A stretch of 36,883 bases of DNA from an uncultured Robiginitalea sp. (GCA_964514365.1 CAZEQO010000003.1:3960-40842); one strand, 5' to 3'; counted from the first letter of the stretch, positions 1-8,446 are shown. Numbers and translations are program-made. The notes: generated by a model not told the origin, from the letters alone.

Positions 1-1169
1 TATACCTTTCGCTCATATTCTTCACCCCGCTTCCATAACTCTATTTGGGCAAGGGTCTGATTTGTAAAGCTGTTGCTCATCACAAAACTCGGATGGCCGG
101 TAGCACACCCCAGATTTACCAGGCGCCCTTCGGCCAGGACGATGAGGTCTTTGCCGTCCAAAGTATATTTATCTACCTGTGGCTTGATTTCATCTCGTGT
201 TTGTCCAAAGGTGCCATTGAGCCAGGCCATATCGATTTCATTGTCAAAATGGCCGATGTTGCAGACAATCGCCTTATCCTTCATAGCGCGGAAATGTTCC
301 TCCCGGATAATATCTTTGTTTCCAGTTGCGGTAATGACCACGTCAGCAGTGCCCACTACAGATTCGAGCTTCCGCACTTCATAACCATCCATACAGGCCT
401 GTAGAGCGCATATAGGGTCTATTTCAGTGACTGTAACAATCGCTCCGGCCCCCCTGAAACTCGCTGCGGTTCCCTTGCCGACATCTCCGTACCCTGCAAC
501 GACTACTCTTTTCCCGGCTAACATGGTATCTGTTGCCCGGCGAATGGCATCCACTGCACTTTCGCGACAGCCGTATTTATTGTCAAATTTAGATTTAGTC
601 ACCGAATCGTTGACATTGATAGCCGGTACGGGCAGAGTACCGTTTTTGACCCGTTCGTAAAGTCTGAGTACTCCGGTGGTGGTCTCTTCAGAAATACCTT
701 TGATTTCAGAGGCGAGTTCGGGAAAGCGATCCAGCACCATATTGGTCAGGTCCCCCCCGTCGTCGAGGATCATATTTAAAGGTTTGCGGTCTTCTCCAAA
801 GAACAGTGTTTGTTCTATACACCAGTCGAATTCCTCCTCGCTCATCCCTTTCCATGCATAAACCGGTATTCCGGCAGCGGCAATGGCTGCAGCAGCGTGG
901 TCCTGTGTAGAGAAAATGTTACAAGAGCTCCACGTAACCTCAGCTCCCAGGGCTGTAAGGGTTTCAATAAGCACAGCGGTCTGTATGGTCATATGAAGGC
1001 ATCCTGCTATACGCGCACCTTTCAAAGGCTGAGCTTCTCCGTACTCTGACCTCAGCGCCATAAGTCCGGGCATTTCGGCTTCCGCGAGTTCGATTTCCTT
1101 ACGACCCCATGCCGCCAGGGAAAGATCCTTAACTTTGTAAGGAACGTATTCGATTGTTTTAGTACTCAT
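1..1169 (-). CDS. ahcY: S-adenosyl-L-homocysteine hydrolase (adenosylhomocysteinase), 3' end outside the window
   Basis: Not in the ORF track. My translation of the minus strand from ATG at 1169 is open to the window edge: [130 protein letters not shown]. Confidence 0.98.
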   Translation of the reverse strand, partial: MSTKTIEYVPYKVKDLSLAAWGRKEIELAEAEMPGLMALRSEYGEAQPLKGARIAGCLHMTIQTAVLIETLTALGAEVTWSSCNIFSTQDHAAAAIAAAGIPVYAWKGMSEEEFDWCIEQTLFFGEDRKPLNMILDDGGDLTNMVLDRFPELASEIKGISEETTTGVLRLYERVKNGTLPVPAINVNDSVTKSKFDNKYGCRESAVDAIRRATDTMLAGKRVVVAGYGDVGKGTAASFRGAGAIVTVTEIDPICALQACMDGYEVRKLESVVGTADVVITATGNKDIIREEHFRAMKDKAIVCNIGHFDNEIDMAWLNGTFGQTRDEIKPQVDKYTLDGKDLIVLAEGRLVNLGCATGHPSFVMSNSFTNQTLAQIELWKRGEEYERKV

Positions 1170-1253
1170 AGTCAATATAATTTTTATTGCGTAATGTTTC
1201 CAGAGGGTCACCTTCGATTCCAATGGCCCACAGGCACTCCTGAAAAACGATTT

Positions 1254-1261
1254 CAAAGATA
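1254..1261 (-). promoter_or_regulatory. Bacteroidota sigma70 -7 element (TATCTTTG) for ahcY
   Basis: Exact TAnnTTTG match on the minus strand about 85 nt upstream of the ahcY start. Confidence 0.6.
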
Positions 1262-1280
1262 CGGATAAGATTACAAAACA

Positions 1281-1913
1281 ATGCCACTTTACAAGACACT
1301 AATAAGCAGCGAGGTTTTTCAGCTATACCTCTGGAAGATCGAAGAATCAGAGTTGTGGCTCTCCAGGGATATCGCCCTAACCCCCCATTGTCAGGCACGG
1401 CTGGAGGGGATGAAGTCTCAACTCCATCGAAGGGGATTTCTCAGTATCCGCCACCTGCTTGCACAGGCGGGGTATACAGATTCAGATCTGTATTATGACG
1501 AGGCCGGGAAACCCCATCTGAAGGATGGCACCTTTATTTCCATTACCCATTCCTTTGAGTTTACCGGGATTATCCTGTCAAAGAAGCAGGAGGTGGGCAT
1601 TGATATTGAAAAGCAAAGGGATAAAATACTGCGAATTGCGCATCGGTTTACCCCTGTCAGGGAATACAGGACCCTCGCCAATGACCAGGCCCTGATCCGC
1701 AAACTGACCATGGTGTGGGGCGCTAAGGAATCGATTTACAAAATTATGGGGATCCATGGGCTGAGTTTTTTAAATCATATCCGGGTTGCGGAATTCGATC
1801 TGGAGCAGGGTCATACGAATGCCGAGGTTTTCATAAAGGGAACTTCCGGGAGGTTTGAGGTTTATTTCATGGAATTTGAGGGCTTTACCCTGGCCTATGC
1901 GCTCAGTATTTGA
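1281..1913 (+). CDS. 4'-phosphopantetheinyl transferase (Sfp/EntD-type)
   Basis: Motifs GKP, ISITHS, VGIDIE and WGAKESIYK (WxxKE); 210 aa. Confidence 0.9.
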   Translation: MPLYKTLISSEVFQLYLWKIEESELWLSRDIALTPHCQARLEGMKSQLHRRGFLSIRHLLAQAGYTDSDLYYDEAGKPHLKDGTFISITHSFEFTGIILSKKQEVGIDIEKQRDKILRIAHRFTPVREYRTLANDQALIRKLTMVWGAKESIYKIMGIHGLSFLNHIRVAEFDLEQGHTNAEVFIKGTSGRFEVYFMEFEGFTLAYALSI

Positions 1914-1968
1914 GAGCGGTTTTAGCCAATCTCACCAGAAGCGATGGGAGGATTCCGATCAGACCGCC

Positions 1969-1976
1969 TACCTTTG
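1969..1976 (+). promoter_or_regulatory. -7 promoter element (TACCTTTG) for the 1994-4818 operon
   Basis: Exact TAnnTTTG match 17 nt before ATG 1994. Confidence 0.6.
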
Positions 1977-1993
1977 ATATTTAAAAAAAGTCC

Positions 1994-2254
1994 ATGGAAA
2001 TTTCAGTCGAACTAACCTTTAGCCCGCTTCAGGATGGGTATGAGCCCCATATTATTCGTTTTATTAAAGCACTTAGGAACTCAGGTCTCACTGTGCTTGA
2101 AAACCCTATGAGTACCCAGATTTACGGCGATTACGCCCGGGTAATGGAAGTGCTGAATCGGGAAATGTACACGAGCCTGGAGGGAGTTGAACAGGGGGTT
2201 TTTTACCTAAAAATGGTCAAAACAGACCGAAGTGCCTATGAGCCCCATTTTTGA
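1994..2254 (+). CDS. YkoF/thiamine-binding-like small protein (Thiamine_BP/DUF77 type)
   Basis: 86 aa with pattern ISVELTFSPL...IxxFIxxLxxSGL.V..NPMSTQIYG...VM, typical of this ferredoxin-like family; overlaps the pnuC start. Confidence 0.7.
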   Translation: MEISVELTFSPLQDGYEPHIIRFIKALRNSGLTVLENPMSTQIYGDYARVMEVLNREMYTSLEGVEQGVFYLKMVKTDRSAYEPHF

Positions 2255-2870
2255 TTTTTTCCTGGACCCATACCGGGAGCGCTCCGTATTTCTTATCCTG
2301 CTCGAAGTTGTCGCTTTTGTATTTGGAATTGCCAGTGTTGTCCTGGCGAAACGCGAAAGTATCCTGGTGTACCCCACGGGTTTGATCGCCACTGTAATCA
2401 CTATGTACCTTTTCTTTAAGGACAGGCTTCTCGGGGACATGATGATCAATCTGTATTACTCCCTGATGAGTATCTATGGTTGGTGGAACTGGTCCAGGCG
2501 CAAGGAGGGAGCTACTGTAGTGCATATTTCCAGAACGAATAAAACTGAAAAAGGCATAGGATTTCTATTTTTTGTCGCGGCCTCGGGCCTCAATTACATT
2601 ATTTACAAGGTCTTTGATGTTGCCATCGGCCCCTCGAATTATGTGGATATACTCACCTCCGGAATATTCTTTACCGCCATGTGGTATATGGCTACCAAAA
2701 AACTGGAAAACTGGACCCTCTGGATTTTGGCAGATCTCATTACCATACCCCTTTATGCCTACAGGGGTTGGGGAATGTTGTCCCTTCAGTATTTGATATT
2801 CACTATCTTGGCTGTTCAAGGTTACAGGGAATGGAAAAAACGTTTAAACAAGAACCTTCAAACATCCTGA
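2238..2870 (+). CDS. pnuC: PnuC-family vitamin transporter (nicotinamide riboside or thiamine)
   Basis: Hydrophobic 210 aa protein with YGWWNW and the ENWTLWILAD (WxxWxxxD) Pnu motif. ATG 2238 preferred over GTG 2232. Confidence 0.9.
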   Translation: MSPIFDFFLDPYRERSVFLILLEVVAFVFGIASVVLAKRESILVYPTGLIATVITMYLFFKDRLLGDMMINLYYSLMSIYGWWNWSRRKEGATVVHISRTNKTEKGIGFLFFVAASGLNYIIYKVFDVAIGPSNYVDILTSGIFFTAMWYMATKKLENWTLWILADLITIPLYAYRGWGMLSLQYLIFTILAVQGYREWKKRLNKNLQTS

Positions 2871-3394
2871 AAGTAGTAGTTTTTGGTCCTGAATCTACGG
2901 GGAAAACGACCCTTGCCAAAGCCCTGGCCTCCCATTACCAGACACAGTGGGTTCCGGAATACGCCCGGGAGTACCTGCAGGAAAAATGGAATCGCACCCG
3001 GGAGACGTGCCGTCCAGAGGATCTTCCTCCTATTGCGTCAGGTCAGATGGCACTGGAAAACACCCTCACCCGCTCGGCTAATCGATTGTTGATTTGTGAT
3101 ACCGACCTTTTGGTGACTAAAGTGTATTCTGAAGCGTATTACGACGGGTTCTGCGATCCGGAAATTGAAAGATATGCCCTGCAGAACACTTACGACTTGT
3201 ACTTACTTACCGGAATCGACGTGCCCTGGGTTCCTGACGACCTGCGCGATAAACCGGAAGAGCGGGAAGAGATGTTCGCGCGATTCAAATCGGCTCTGGA
3301 GCTAAATAAGCGCAGTTTTATTATATTAAGGGGATCCCCTGAAAAAAGGCTTGAGGAAGCCATTTACCAAATTGATAAACTCTTGAATCCATGA
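2831..3394 (+). CDS. NadR-type P-loop kinase/ATPase (AAA_28; ribosylnicotinamide kinase-like domain only)
   Basis: GPESTGKTT Walker A, VPEYAREYL, LICDTD, YDLYLL, PWVPDDLRD. Start set at ATG 2831 because the longer ORF runs deep into pnuC. Confidence 0.88.
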   Translation: MEKTFKQEPSNILKVVVFGPESTGKTTLAKALASHYQTQWVPEYAREYLQEKWNRTRETCRPEDLPPIASGQMALENTLTRSANRLLICDTDLLVTKVYSEAYYDGFCDPEIERYALQNTYDLYLLTGIDVPWVPDDLRDKPEEREEMFARFKSALELNKRSFIILRGSPEKRLEEAIYQIDKLLNP

Positions 3395-4818
3395 ATCCAT
3401 TTTCAGAGGAAGACAAACTTCTCCTGTCCAAAAAGGGGATTACCCCCGAGAAGGCCGCCCAACAAATTGAAACCTTTCGGGAGGGGATACCCTATGTAGC
3501 CCTATCCAAAGCAGCTGTAGTCGGGGATGGGATTATCCGGCTTTCCCAGGAGCAACAACTGCACCTTCGGAAGCATTACAAGGAACAAAGATCGGATCTG
3601 AGAGCCCTTAAGTTTATTCCGGCCTCCGGTGCTGCTTCCCGTATGTTCAAAGATTTATTCGGGTTTTTACAAAGCTTCAACCCTAAGGATACACCCCTTG
3701 AGGATTTTTTAAACCGTCCGGATCAGAAAGCGATTAAAACATTTTATGAGGGGTTGGAGCGCTTTCCGTTTTTCGATGAAATTTCAAGGTCACTTCCTGA
3801 AAAGTCGAATTCCCGGGGAGAGATGTTAGTTGCTTTAAAGGAAGGGGCCGCCTATGGGAGATCGGGTAATGTATCTCGTCTGCATTTTACTATTTCTCCC
3901 CAGCACAGGGATTTGTTCCAGAAGGAAGAGGATTCATTTGCAGCTGCAATATCCGCTGCTGCGGGTTGCGATTTCAAGATCACCTATTCGTATCAAAAAG
4001 AGTCCACAGATACCCTGGCAGTTACTCCTGAAAATGAACCATTCCGGGATGGAAGCGGGCAGCTGCTTTTCCGACCCGGTGGGCATGGGGCCCTTCTGGA
4101 GAACCTCAACGAACAAGACGCTGATCTGCTTTTTATAAAGAATATTGACAATGTTGTACCAGACCGGTCCCTGGAGGAAATTGCGGCCTGGAAGGAAGTG
4201 CTGGCAGGGTACCTGCTCAAAGTACAGTCCAAGGCGTTTAGTTTTCACAGAATGCTGGTCGACGGAACGGTGGATCACGATTTGTTAAAACGGGTGCACG
4301 CGTTTCTGGAAACGGGGCTGAACGTAAGATTTCCCGATGCCTTTCCGGGTTATAGCCTCGAAGAACAGATGGCTGTGCTTATCGACAAGTTGTCTCGCCC
4401 TATCCGGGTTTGCGGTATGGTCCGCAACGAAGGAGATCCCGGGGGAGGTCCCTTCTGGATAAAAGATACCATGGGGAATGAGTCTTTACAGATCGTCGAG
4501 TCGGCCCAGGTGGATTTGGAAGACGAAGCCCAACTCGAGATTTTTGAGAAGGCGACCCACTTTAATCCGGTAGATTTAGTTTGCGGGGTGCGCGACGCTT
4601 TTGGCAAAAAATTGGACCTGCTGCAATACGTGAATTCCAAACAGGGATTTATTGCTTCAAAAACCTTCGAGGGAAGGGAATTAAAAGCGTTAGAGCTTCC
4701 CGGTCTCTGGAATGGGGGGATGGCGTATTGGAATACGGTATTTGTAGAGGTCCCGGGGAGTACTTTCAACCCCGTTAAAACCGTAAATGACCTGCTCAAG
4801 CCGGCCCACCAGCCCTGA
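3391..4818 (+). CDS. DUF4301 family protein (nucleotidyltransferase-like), apparently carrying an in-frame internal deletion
   Basis: Motifs KFIPASGAASRMFK, LHFTIS, QKESTDT, FRPGGHGALLENLN, FIKNIDN, RPIRVCGMVRNEGDPGGGPFW, THFNPVDL, LELPGLWNGGMA, TFNPVKTVNDLL; ATGA overlap with the kinase gene. Confidence 0.88.
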   Translation: MNPFSEEDKLLLSKKGITPEKAAQQIETFREGIPYVALSKAAVVGDGIIRLSQEQQLHLRKHYKEQRSDLRALKFIPASGAASRMFKDLFGFLQSFNPKDTPLEDFLNRPDQKAIKTFYEGLERFPFFDEISRSLPEKSNSRGEMLVALKEGAAYGRSGNVSRLHFTISPQHRDLFQKEEDSFAAAISAAAGCDFKITYSYQKESTDTLAVTPENEPFRDGSGQLLFRPGGHGALLENLNEQDADLLFIKNIDNVVPDRSLEEIAAWKEVLAGYLLKVQSKAFSFHRMLVDGTVDHDLLKRVHAFLETGLNVRFPDAFPGYSLEEQMAVLIDKLSRPIRVCGMVRNEGDPGGGPFWIKDTMGNESLQIVESAQVDLEDEAQLEIFEKATHFNPVDLVCGVRDAFGKKLDLLQYVNSKQGFIASKTFEGRELKALELPGLWNGGMAYWNTVFVEVPGSTFNPVKTVNDLLKPAHQP

Positions 4819-4873
4819 TTTTGGGAAGGGTCAAATAAGGAAAAAATCATTTTTGTCATCAGTGTGATGTCCG

Positions 4874-4881
4874 TATCTTTG
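4874..4881 (+). promoter_or_regulatory. -7 promoter element (TATCTTTG) for the riboswitch/TonB receptor transcript
   Basis: Exact TAnnTTTG match just before the TPP aptamer. Confidence 0.7.
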
Positions 4882-4886
4882 CGGTA

Positions 4887-4990
4887 TCTCATAAGGGGTG
4901 CTTTGGTTTTTAAGGGATTGTAGATCGCATAAAAACCGGGCTGAGATTATACCCGATGAACCTGGGCAGGTAATGCTGCCAAGGGAACAC
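4887..4990 (+). ncRNA. TPP (THI-box) riboswitch
   Basis: GGGGTGC...GGCTGAGA..TACCC..TGAACCTG..CAGGTAATGCTG..AAGGGAA in canonical order; P3 stem GGTTTTTA/TAAAAACC; lies upstream of a TonB-dependent receptor. Confidence 0.95.
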
Positions 4991-5108
4991 CGAGAGAGTT
5001 CGTCCTCAATTTCAGGAGTTCTCCTTCTTTCCATCCGGGTTGGCATTTTGCCACAAAAACGAATTCACCGCTGAATAATGGCCCCTTTTGTTCGTAAACG
5101 CAGTACGA

Positions 5109-7343
5109 ATGAAAAAGATAGTTTTATGGGGATTGTTTTTATCGATCCCTTTGGCAACACTGGCCCAGGAAACACAGACGGATACCACCGAATTGGATCA
5201 GATCGCCCTGGATGAGGTTCTGGTTTCAGCTGTCCGGGTAACCCGTGAGGCCCCGGTAACGTTTTCCAACCTGAAAAAGGACCGAATTGCCAAGCGCAAT
5301 CTTGGACAGGACATCCCAATCCTAATGAATTACCTGCCTTCGGTAGTCACCACCTCAGATGCAGGTGCCGGGATTGGATACACGGGGATACGTGTAAGGG
5401 GTAGTGACGCCACCCGTGTGAATGTCACTATAAATGGGGTTCCTTATAACGATGCGGAATCTCAGGGAACTTTTTGGGTCAACATGCCCGATTTTGCCTC
5501 TTCAACCGAAAGCTTGCAACTTCAACGCGGGGTAGGAACCTCTACTAACGGGGCGGGAGCCTTTGGGGCCAGTTTGAATATTCTCACTGACCTGGTCTCC
5601 TCCGAGGCTTACGCCGAACTTACAGCATCAGCAGGTAGTTTTAATACCCACCGGGCCACCGCGAAATTCAGTACAGGTTTGCTGGGAGATCAATTTGAAT
5701 TTTCCGGCCGGCTCTCCCGGATTGCCTCTGACGGGTACATCGATCGCGCAGCTTCGGATTTGGATTCCTATTTTCTTCAGGGTGCTTTTGTAAAGGAAAA
5801 AACCCTGCTGAAGGCCCTTCTGTTTGGAGGTCATGAAGTGACATATCAGTCCTGGTATGGTTTTGATCCCGATGTACTCAGCGCTATTGGGGTAGACAAC
5901 AACCTGGAAACCAACCGGAGGTACAATATTGCGGGCATTCAGTTTGACCGGGATGGAAATTTCGAAGGGTTTTATGACAATCAGGTAGATGATTACAAAC
6001 AGGACCACTTCCAATTACACTGGAACCAGGAATGGACAGAGGCTTTTCAAACCAACATTGCCCTTCACTACACACGGGGACGCGGGTTTTTTGAAGAATA
6101 CGTAGACGAGTGGTATTACACCAATGTCCTCTTCGCCCCGGATGCCCAATTGAGTTTTCTGGGTTTGGATAACCCCGTCATTGACGGGGAGGAAATCAGT
6201 ACGATGGATTATGCACGCCGGCGCTGGCTGGACAATGATTTCTACGGGACTGTTTTTTCAGGAACCTATCGTCAGGGGCCTTTGGAGGTGCTCCTCGGGG
6301 GAGGTTGGAATACCTACAGGGGTGATCACTTCGGGGAGGTGATATGGGCCAGGTATGCCGGGGGGCTTGAGCCCCGGGATCGTTACTACGAGGACGATTC
6401 TCAAAAGGACGACCTCAATATATTTGCCAAAGCCAGTTACCGTCTGGGAAACAAATGGCAGTTCTTTTTGGATCTGCAGTACAGGGGTGTTCGATACCAG
6501 GCAAACGGGGAACAAACCGGACTGGTGGATGATCGATTCCGGTTTTTCAACCCCAAATCGGGGATCACATATAGGATCAACCCTTCCCAGAACCTGTATT
6601 TGTCCTATGCCGTTGCAAACCGGGAACCCAACAGGAATGACTATGAAAACGGGAACCCCAAACCGGAGCGCCTGCAGGATTTTGAATTGGGTTGGCGATA
6701 CCTGAAGGAACGGACCAGTATAAACGCCAACCTGTATTATATGCGCTACAAGGATCAATTGGTGCTCACCGGGGATCTCAACGACGTAGGGGCTCCTATC
6801 CGGTCCAATATTGGAGATAGCTACAGGCTGGGTCTGGAAATTGATGTGGATATGCCTCTGGGCCGGGCTTTTCAATGGCAACCCAACCTGGCCCTTAGTA
6901 CCAACCGGAATATCGATTTCTTTTTCAGGCGGGATGGGGAGCTGACCAATTTAGGAAACACCCGGATCGCCTTTTCCCCGGAAGTGGTCCTGGGGAGCCG
7001 GTTGGTGTATAACTTTTCAGAAGACTTGCAGTTTGCCCTGCTGACCAAGTTGGTGGGGGAGCAGTTTATGAGTAATATTGAAGCCGAAAAATCAAAATTG
7101 GAGGCCTACACCCAAACCGATTTCAACCTCCAGTACCGTATAAAACCCTTTGGTTGGTTCTCGAACGTGGCCCTTACCCTTCTTGTGAACAATATTTTTG
7201 ATGCGAAATTCAGTTCAAACGGGTACTTCTACACCTTTGATGATGATTTCAGTAATCCAGGTAGCGTAACTACGGTTGAAGGAGTAGCGTATTACCCCCA
7301 GGCGGGTATTAATTTCCTGGCCGGGATTACAGTTCGTTTCTGA
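5109..7343 (+). CDS. TonB-dependent outer-membrane receptor, probably for thiamine
   Basis: Signal peptide MKKIVLWGLFLSIPLATLA, TonB-box-like LDEVLVSA, plug IRVRGSDATRVNVTINGVPYND and QLQRGVGTSTNGAGAFGASLN, C-terminal Phe. Substrate inferred from the TPP riboswitch. Confidence 0.92.
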   Translation: MKKIVLWGLFLSIPLATLAQETQTDTTELDQIALDEVLVSAVRVTREAPVTFSNLKKDRIAKRNLGQDIPILMNYLPSVVTTSDAGAGIGYTGIRVRGSDATRVNVTINGVPYNDAESQGTFWVNMPDFASSTESLQLQRGVGTSTNGAGAFGASLNILTDLVSSEAYAELTASAGSFNTHRATAKFSTGLLGDQFEFSGRLSRIASDGYIDRAASDLDSYFLQGAFVKEKTLLKALLFGGHEVTYQSWYGFDPDVLSAIGVDNNLETNRRYNIAGIQFDRDGNFEGFYDNQVDDYKQDHFQLHWNQEWTEAFQTNIALHYTRGRGFFEEYVDEWYYTNVLFAPDAQLSFLGLDNPVIDGEEISTMDYARRRWLDNDFYGTVFSGTYRQGPLEVLLGGGWNTYRGDHFGEVIWARYAGGLEPRDRYYEDDSQKDDLNIFAKASYRLGNKWQFFLDLQYRGVRYQANGEQTGLVDDRFRFFNPKSGITYRINPSQNLYLSYAVANREPNRNDYENGNPKPERLQDFELGWRYLKERTSINANLYYMRYKDQLVLTGDLNDVGAPIRSNIGDSYRLGLEIDVDMPLGRAFQWQPNLALSTNRNIDFFFRRDGELTNLGNTRIAFSPEVVLGSRLVYNFSEDLQFALLTKLVGEQFMSNIEAEKSKLEAYTQTDFNLQYRIKPFGWFSNVALTLLVNNIFDAKFSSNGYFYTFDDDFSNPGSVTTVEGVAYYPQAGINFLAGITVRF

Positions 7344-7352
7344 GGGTAACCC

Positions 7353-7775
7353 CTAGTTGGAGATGACAACACTGTTCCCGCTGGCATTCGCCCGATACTC
7401 CAGCATATCGAAGTAGCGATTGCCGTCATCCGGGCGGTCCAGTTGCTGGCCTGTAAACAAACTGTACTCGTAATCCTCACAGGAGCAGCGGGCATTCTGT
7501 CCCGTAATTGCCATGGTCGGGCAACTGGCTTCAAAAGCGCGAAAGACGTCAAATCCTGTGTTCATCACAAACACCCCCCGAATCCCGACCCCCTCTGTGG
7601 GGATGTAAACCGGGTTGCCAATGGTCATCAGATCGGCGTATGACGGGAGGGCCAGATTGATTTCGAACCGGAATCCCAATTCCTGCAAATACGGGTTACG
7701 CTGCCCGGTATCGCTATCACAACAGACGAGTATAAAGAGCAACAGCACAGGGAGTAAGAAGCGTTTTAAGGACAT
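7353..7775 (-). CDS. Rieske-like Cys-containing lipoprotein (hypothetical), possibly with a short internal deletion
   Basis: Lipoprotein-type signal (KRFLLPVLLLFILVC-C), GIRGVFV, AFEASCP...CSCEDYEYSLFTGQ...MLEYR pattern. Confidence 0.7.
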   Translation of the reverse strand: MSLKRFLLPVLLLFILVCCDSDTGQRNPYLQELGFRFEINLALPSYADLMTIGNPVYIPTEGVGIRGVFVMNTGFDVFRAFEASCPTMAITGQNARCSCEDYEYSLFTGQQLDRPDDGNRYFDMLEYRANASGNSVVISN

Positions 7776-7816
7776 CCGATCGCTTTTGATTTCCGCAAAA
7801 TTCCGTAAAAAAACCC

Positions 7817-7824
7817 TATCTTTG
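7817..7824 (+). promoter_or_regulatory. -7 promoter element (TATCTTTG) for greA
   Basis: Exact TAnnTTTG match 72 nt before the greA ATG. Confidence 0.65.
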
Positions 7825-7827
7825 TTT

Positions 7828-7880
7828 AAATCCTCAAAATAACTTACAATTCAGGTAAGTATTACGGGGATTTTCTGTTT
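7828..7880 (+). terminator. Terminator-like hairpin in the greA 5' leader
   Basis: Outer stem AAATCCTC/GGGGATTT, inner stem ACTTAC/GTAAGT, ending in TTTTCTGTTT. Confidence 0.45.
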
Positions 7881-7896
7881 ATAAATTGGTTTCACT

Positions 7897-8370
7897 ATGA
7901 GTAAAGTTTCATACTACACGGAAGAGGGGTTAAAAAAACTGAAGGAAGAGCTGAATCAACTCAGGGATGTGGAACGACCCAAGGCATCTCAGGCAATCGC
8001 TGAAGCCCGTGATAAGGGGGATTTATCAGAGAATGCAGAATACGACGCTGCCAAGGAGGCTCAGGGGCTCCTGGAAATGAAAATTGCCAAGCTCGAAGAG
8101 ACCCTGTCCAATGCCAGGCTTATTGACGAATCCCAACTGGACACCTCCAAGGTGTTGGTGCTTTCAAAAGTCCGGCTTCGAAATAAACAGAACAAAATGG
8201 AGGTGGCTTATACCTTAGTCGCAGAAAGTGAGGCGGACCTGAAAGCCGGAAAGATCTCTGTAACTTCACCAATAGGAAAAGGGCTTTTGGGAAAGAAGGT
8301 TGGAGATGTCGCTGAGATTCAGGTACCCAGTGGTGCACTGCAATTCGAGATTCTGGAAATATCGCGATAA
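7897..8370 (+). CDS. greA: Transcription elongation factor GreA
   Basis: GDLSENAEYDAAK and ISVTSPIGKGLLGKKVGD; 157 aa. Confidence 0.98.
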   Translation: MSKVSYYTEEGLKKLKEELNQLRDVERPKASQAIAEARDKGDLSENAEYDAAKEAQGLLEMKIAKLEETLSNARLIDESQLDTSKVLVLSKVRLRNKQNKMEVAYTLVAESEADLKAGKISVTSPIGKGLLGKKVGDVAEIQVPSGALQFEILEISR

Positions 8371-8446
8371 AATATTGAAGATTACACCAACCAGTTGCCT
8401 GACGGGACACTTATATGTATAACTCGGGGGCGCAATAACGGGAATT

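Noticed and set aside
45-1049. Plus-strand ORFs at the window start
   Set aside because: They are antisense shadows of ahcY, which the ORF track missed because its stop lies outside the window.
1170-1253. Canonical SAH riboswitch upstream of ahcY
   Set aside because: GGAGTGCCTG only loosely resembles the GAGCGYUGC core. The AGGCUC segment and the downstream pseudoknot partner are not visible.
1281-1913. PPTase as a sign of an NRPS/PKS cluster, or of a fungal-type lysine pathway with the saccharopine dehydrogenase
   Set aside because: No carrier protein, adenylation domain or aminoadipate reductase is in the window, and the two genes are 30 kb apart. A housekeeping role is simpler.
4831-5046. 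71-aa minus-strand ORF in the intergenic gap
   Set aside because: The gap is explained by the promoter and TPP riboswitch on the plus strand.
4350-6881. Long antisense ORFs (e.g. 4350-4892, 6258-6881), and similar ones at 21594-22157, 26786-27310 and 33852-34490
   Set aside because: They lie opposite well-supported genes and have no recognisable motifs.
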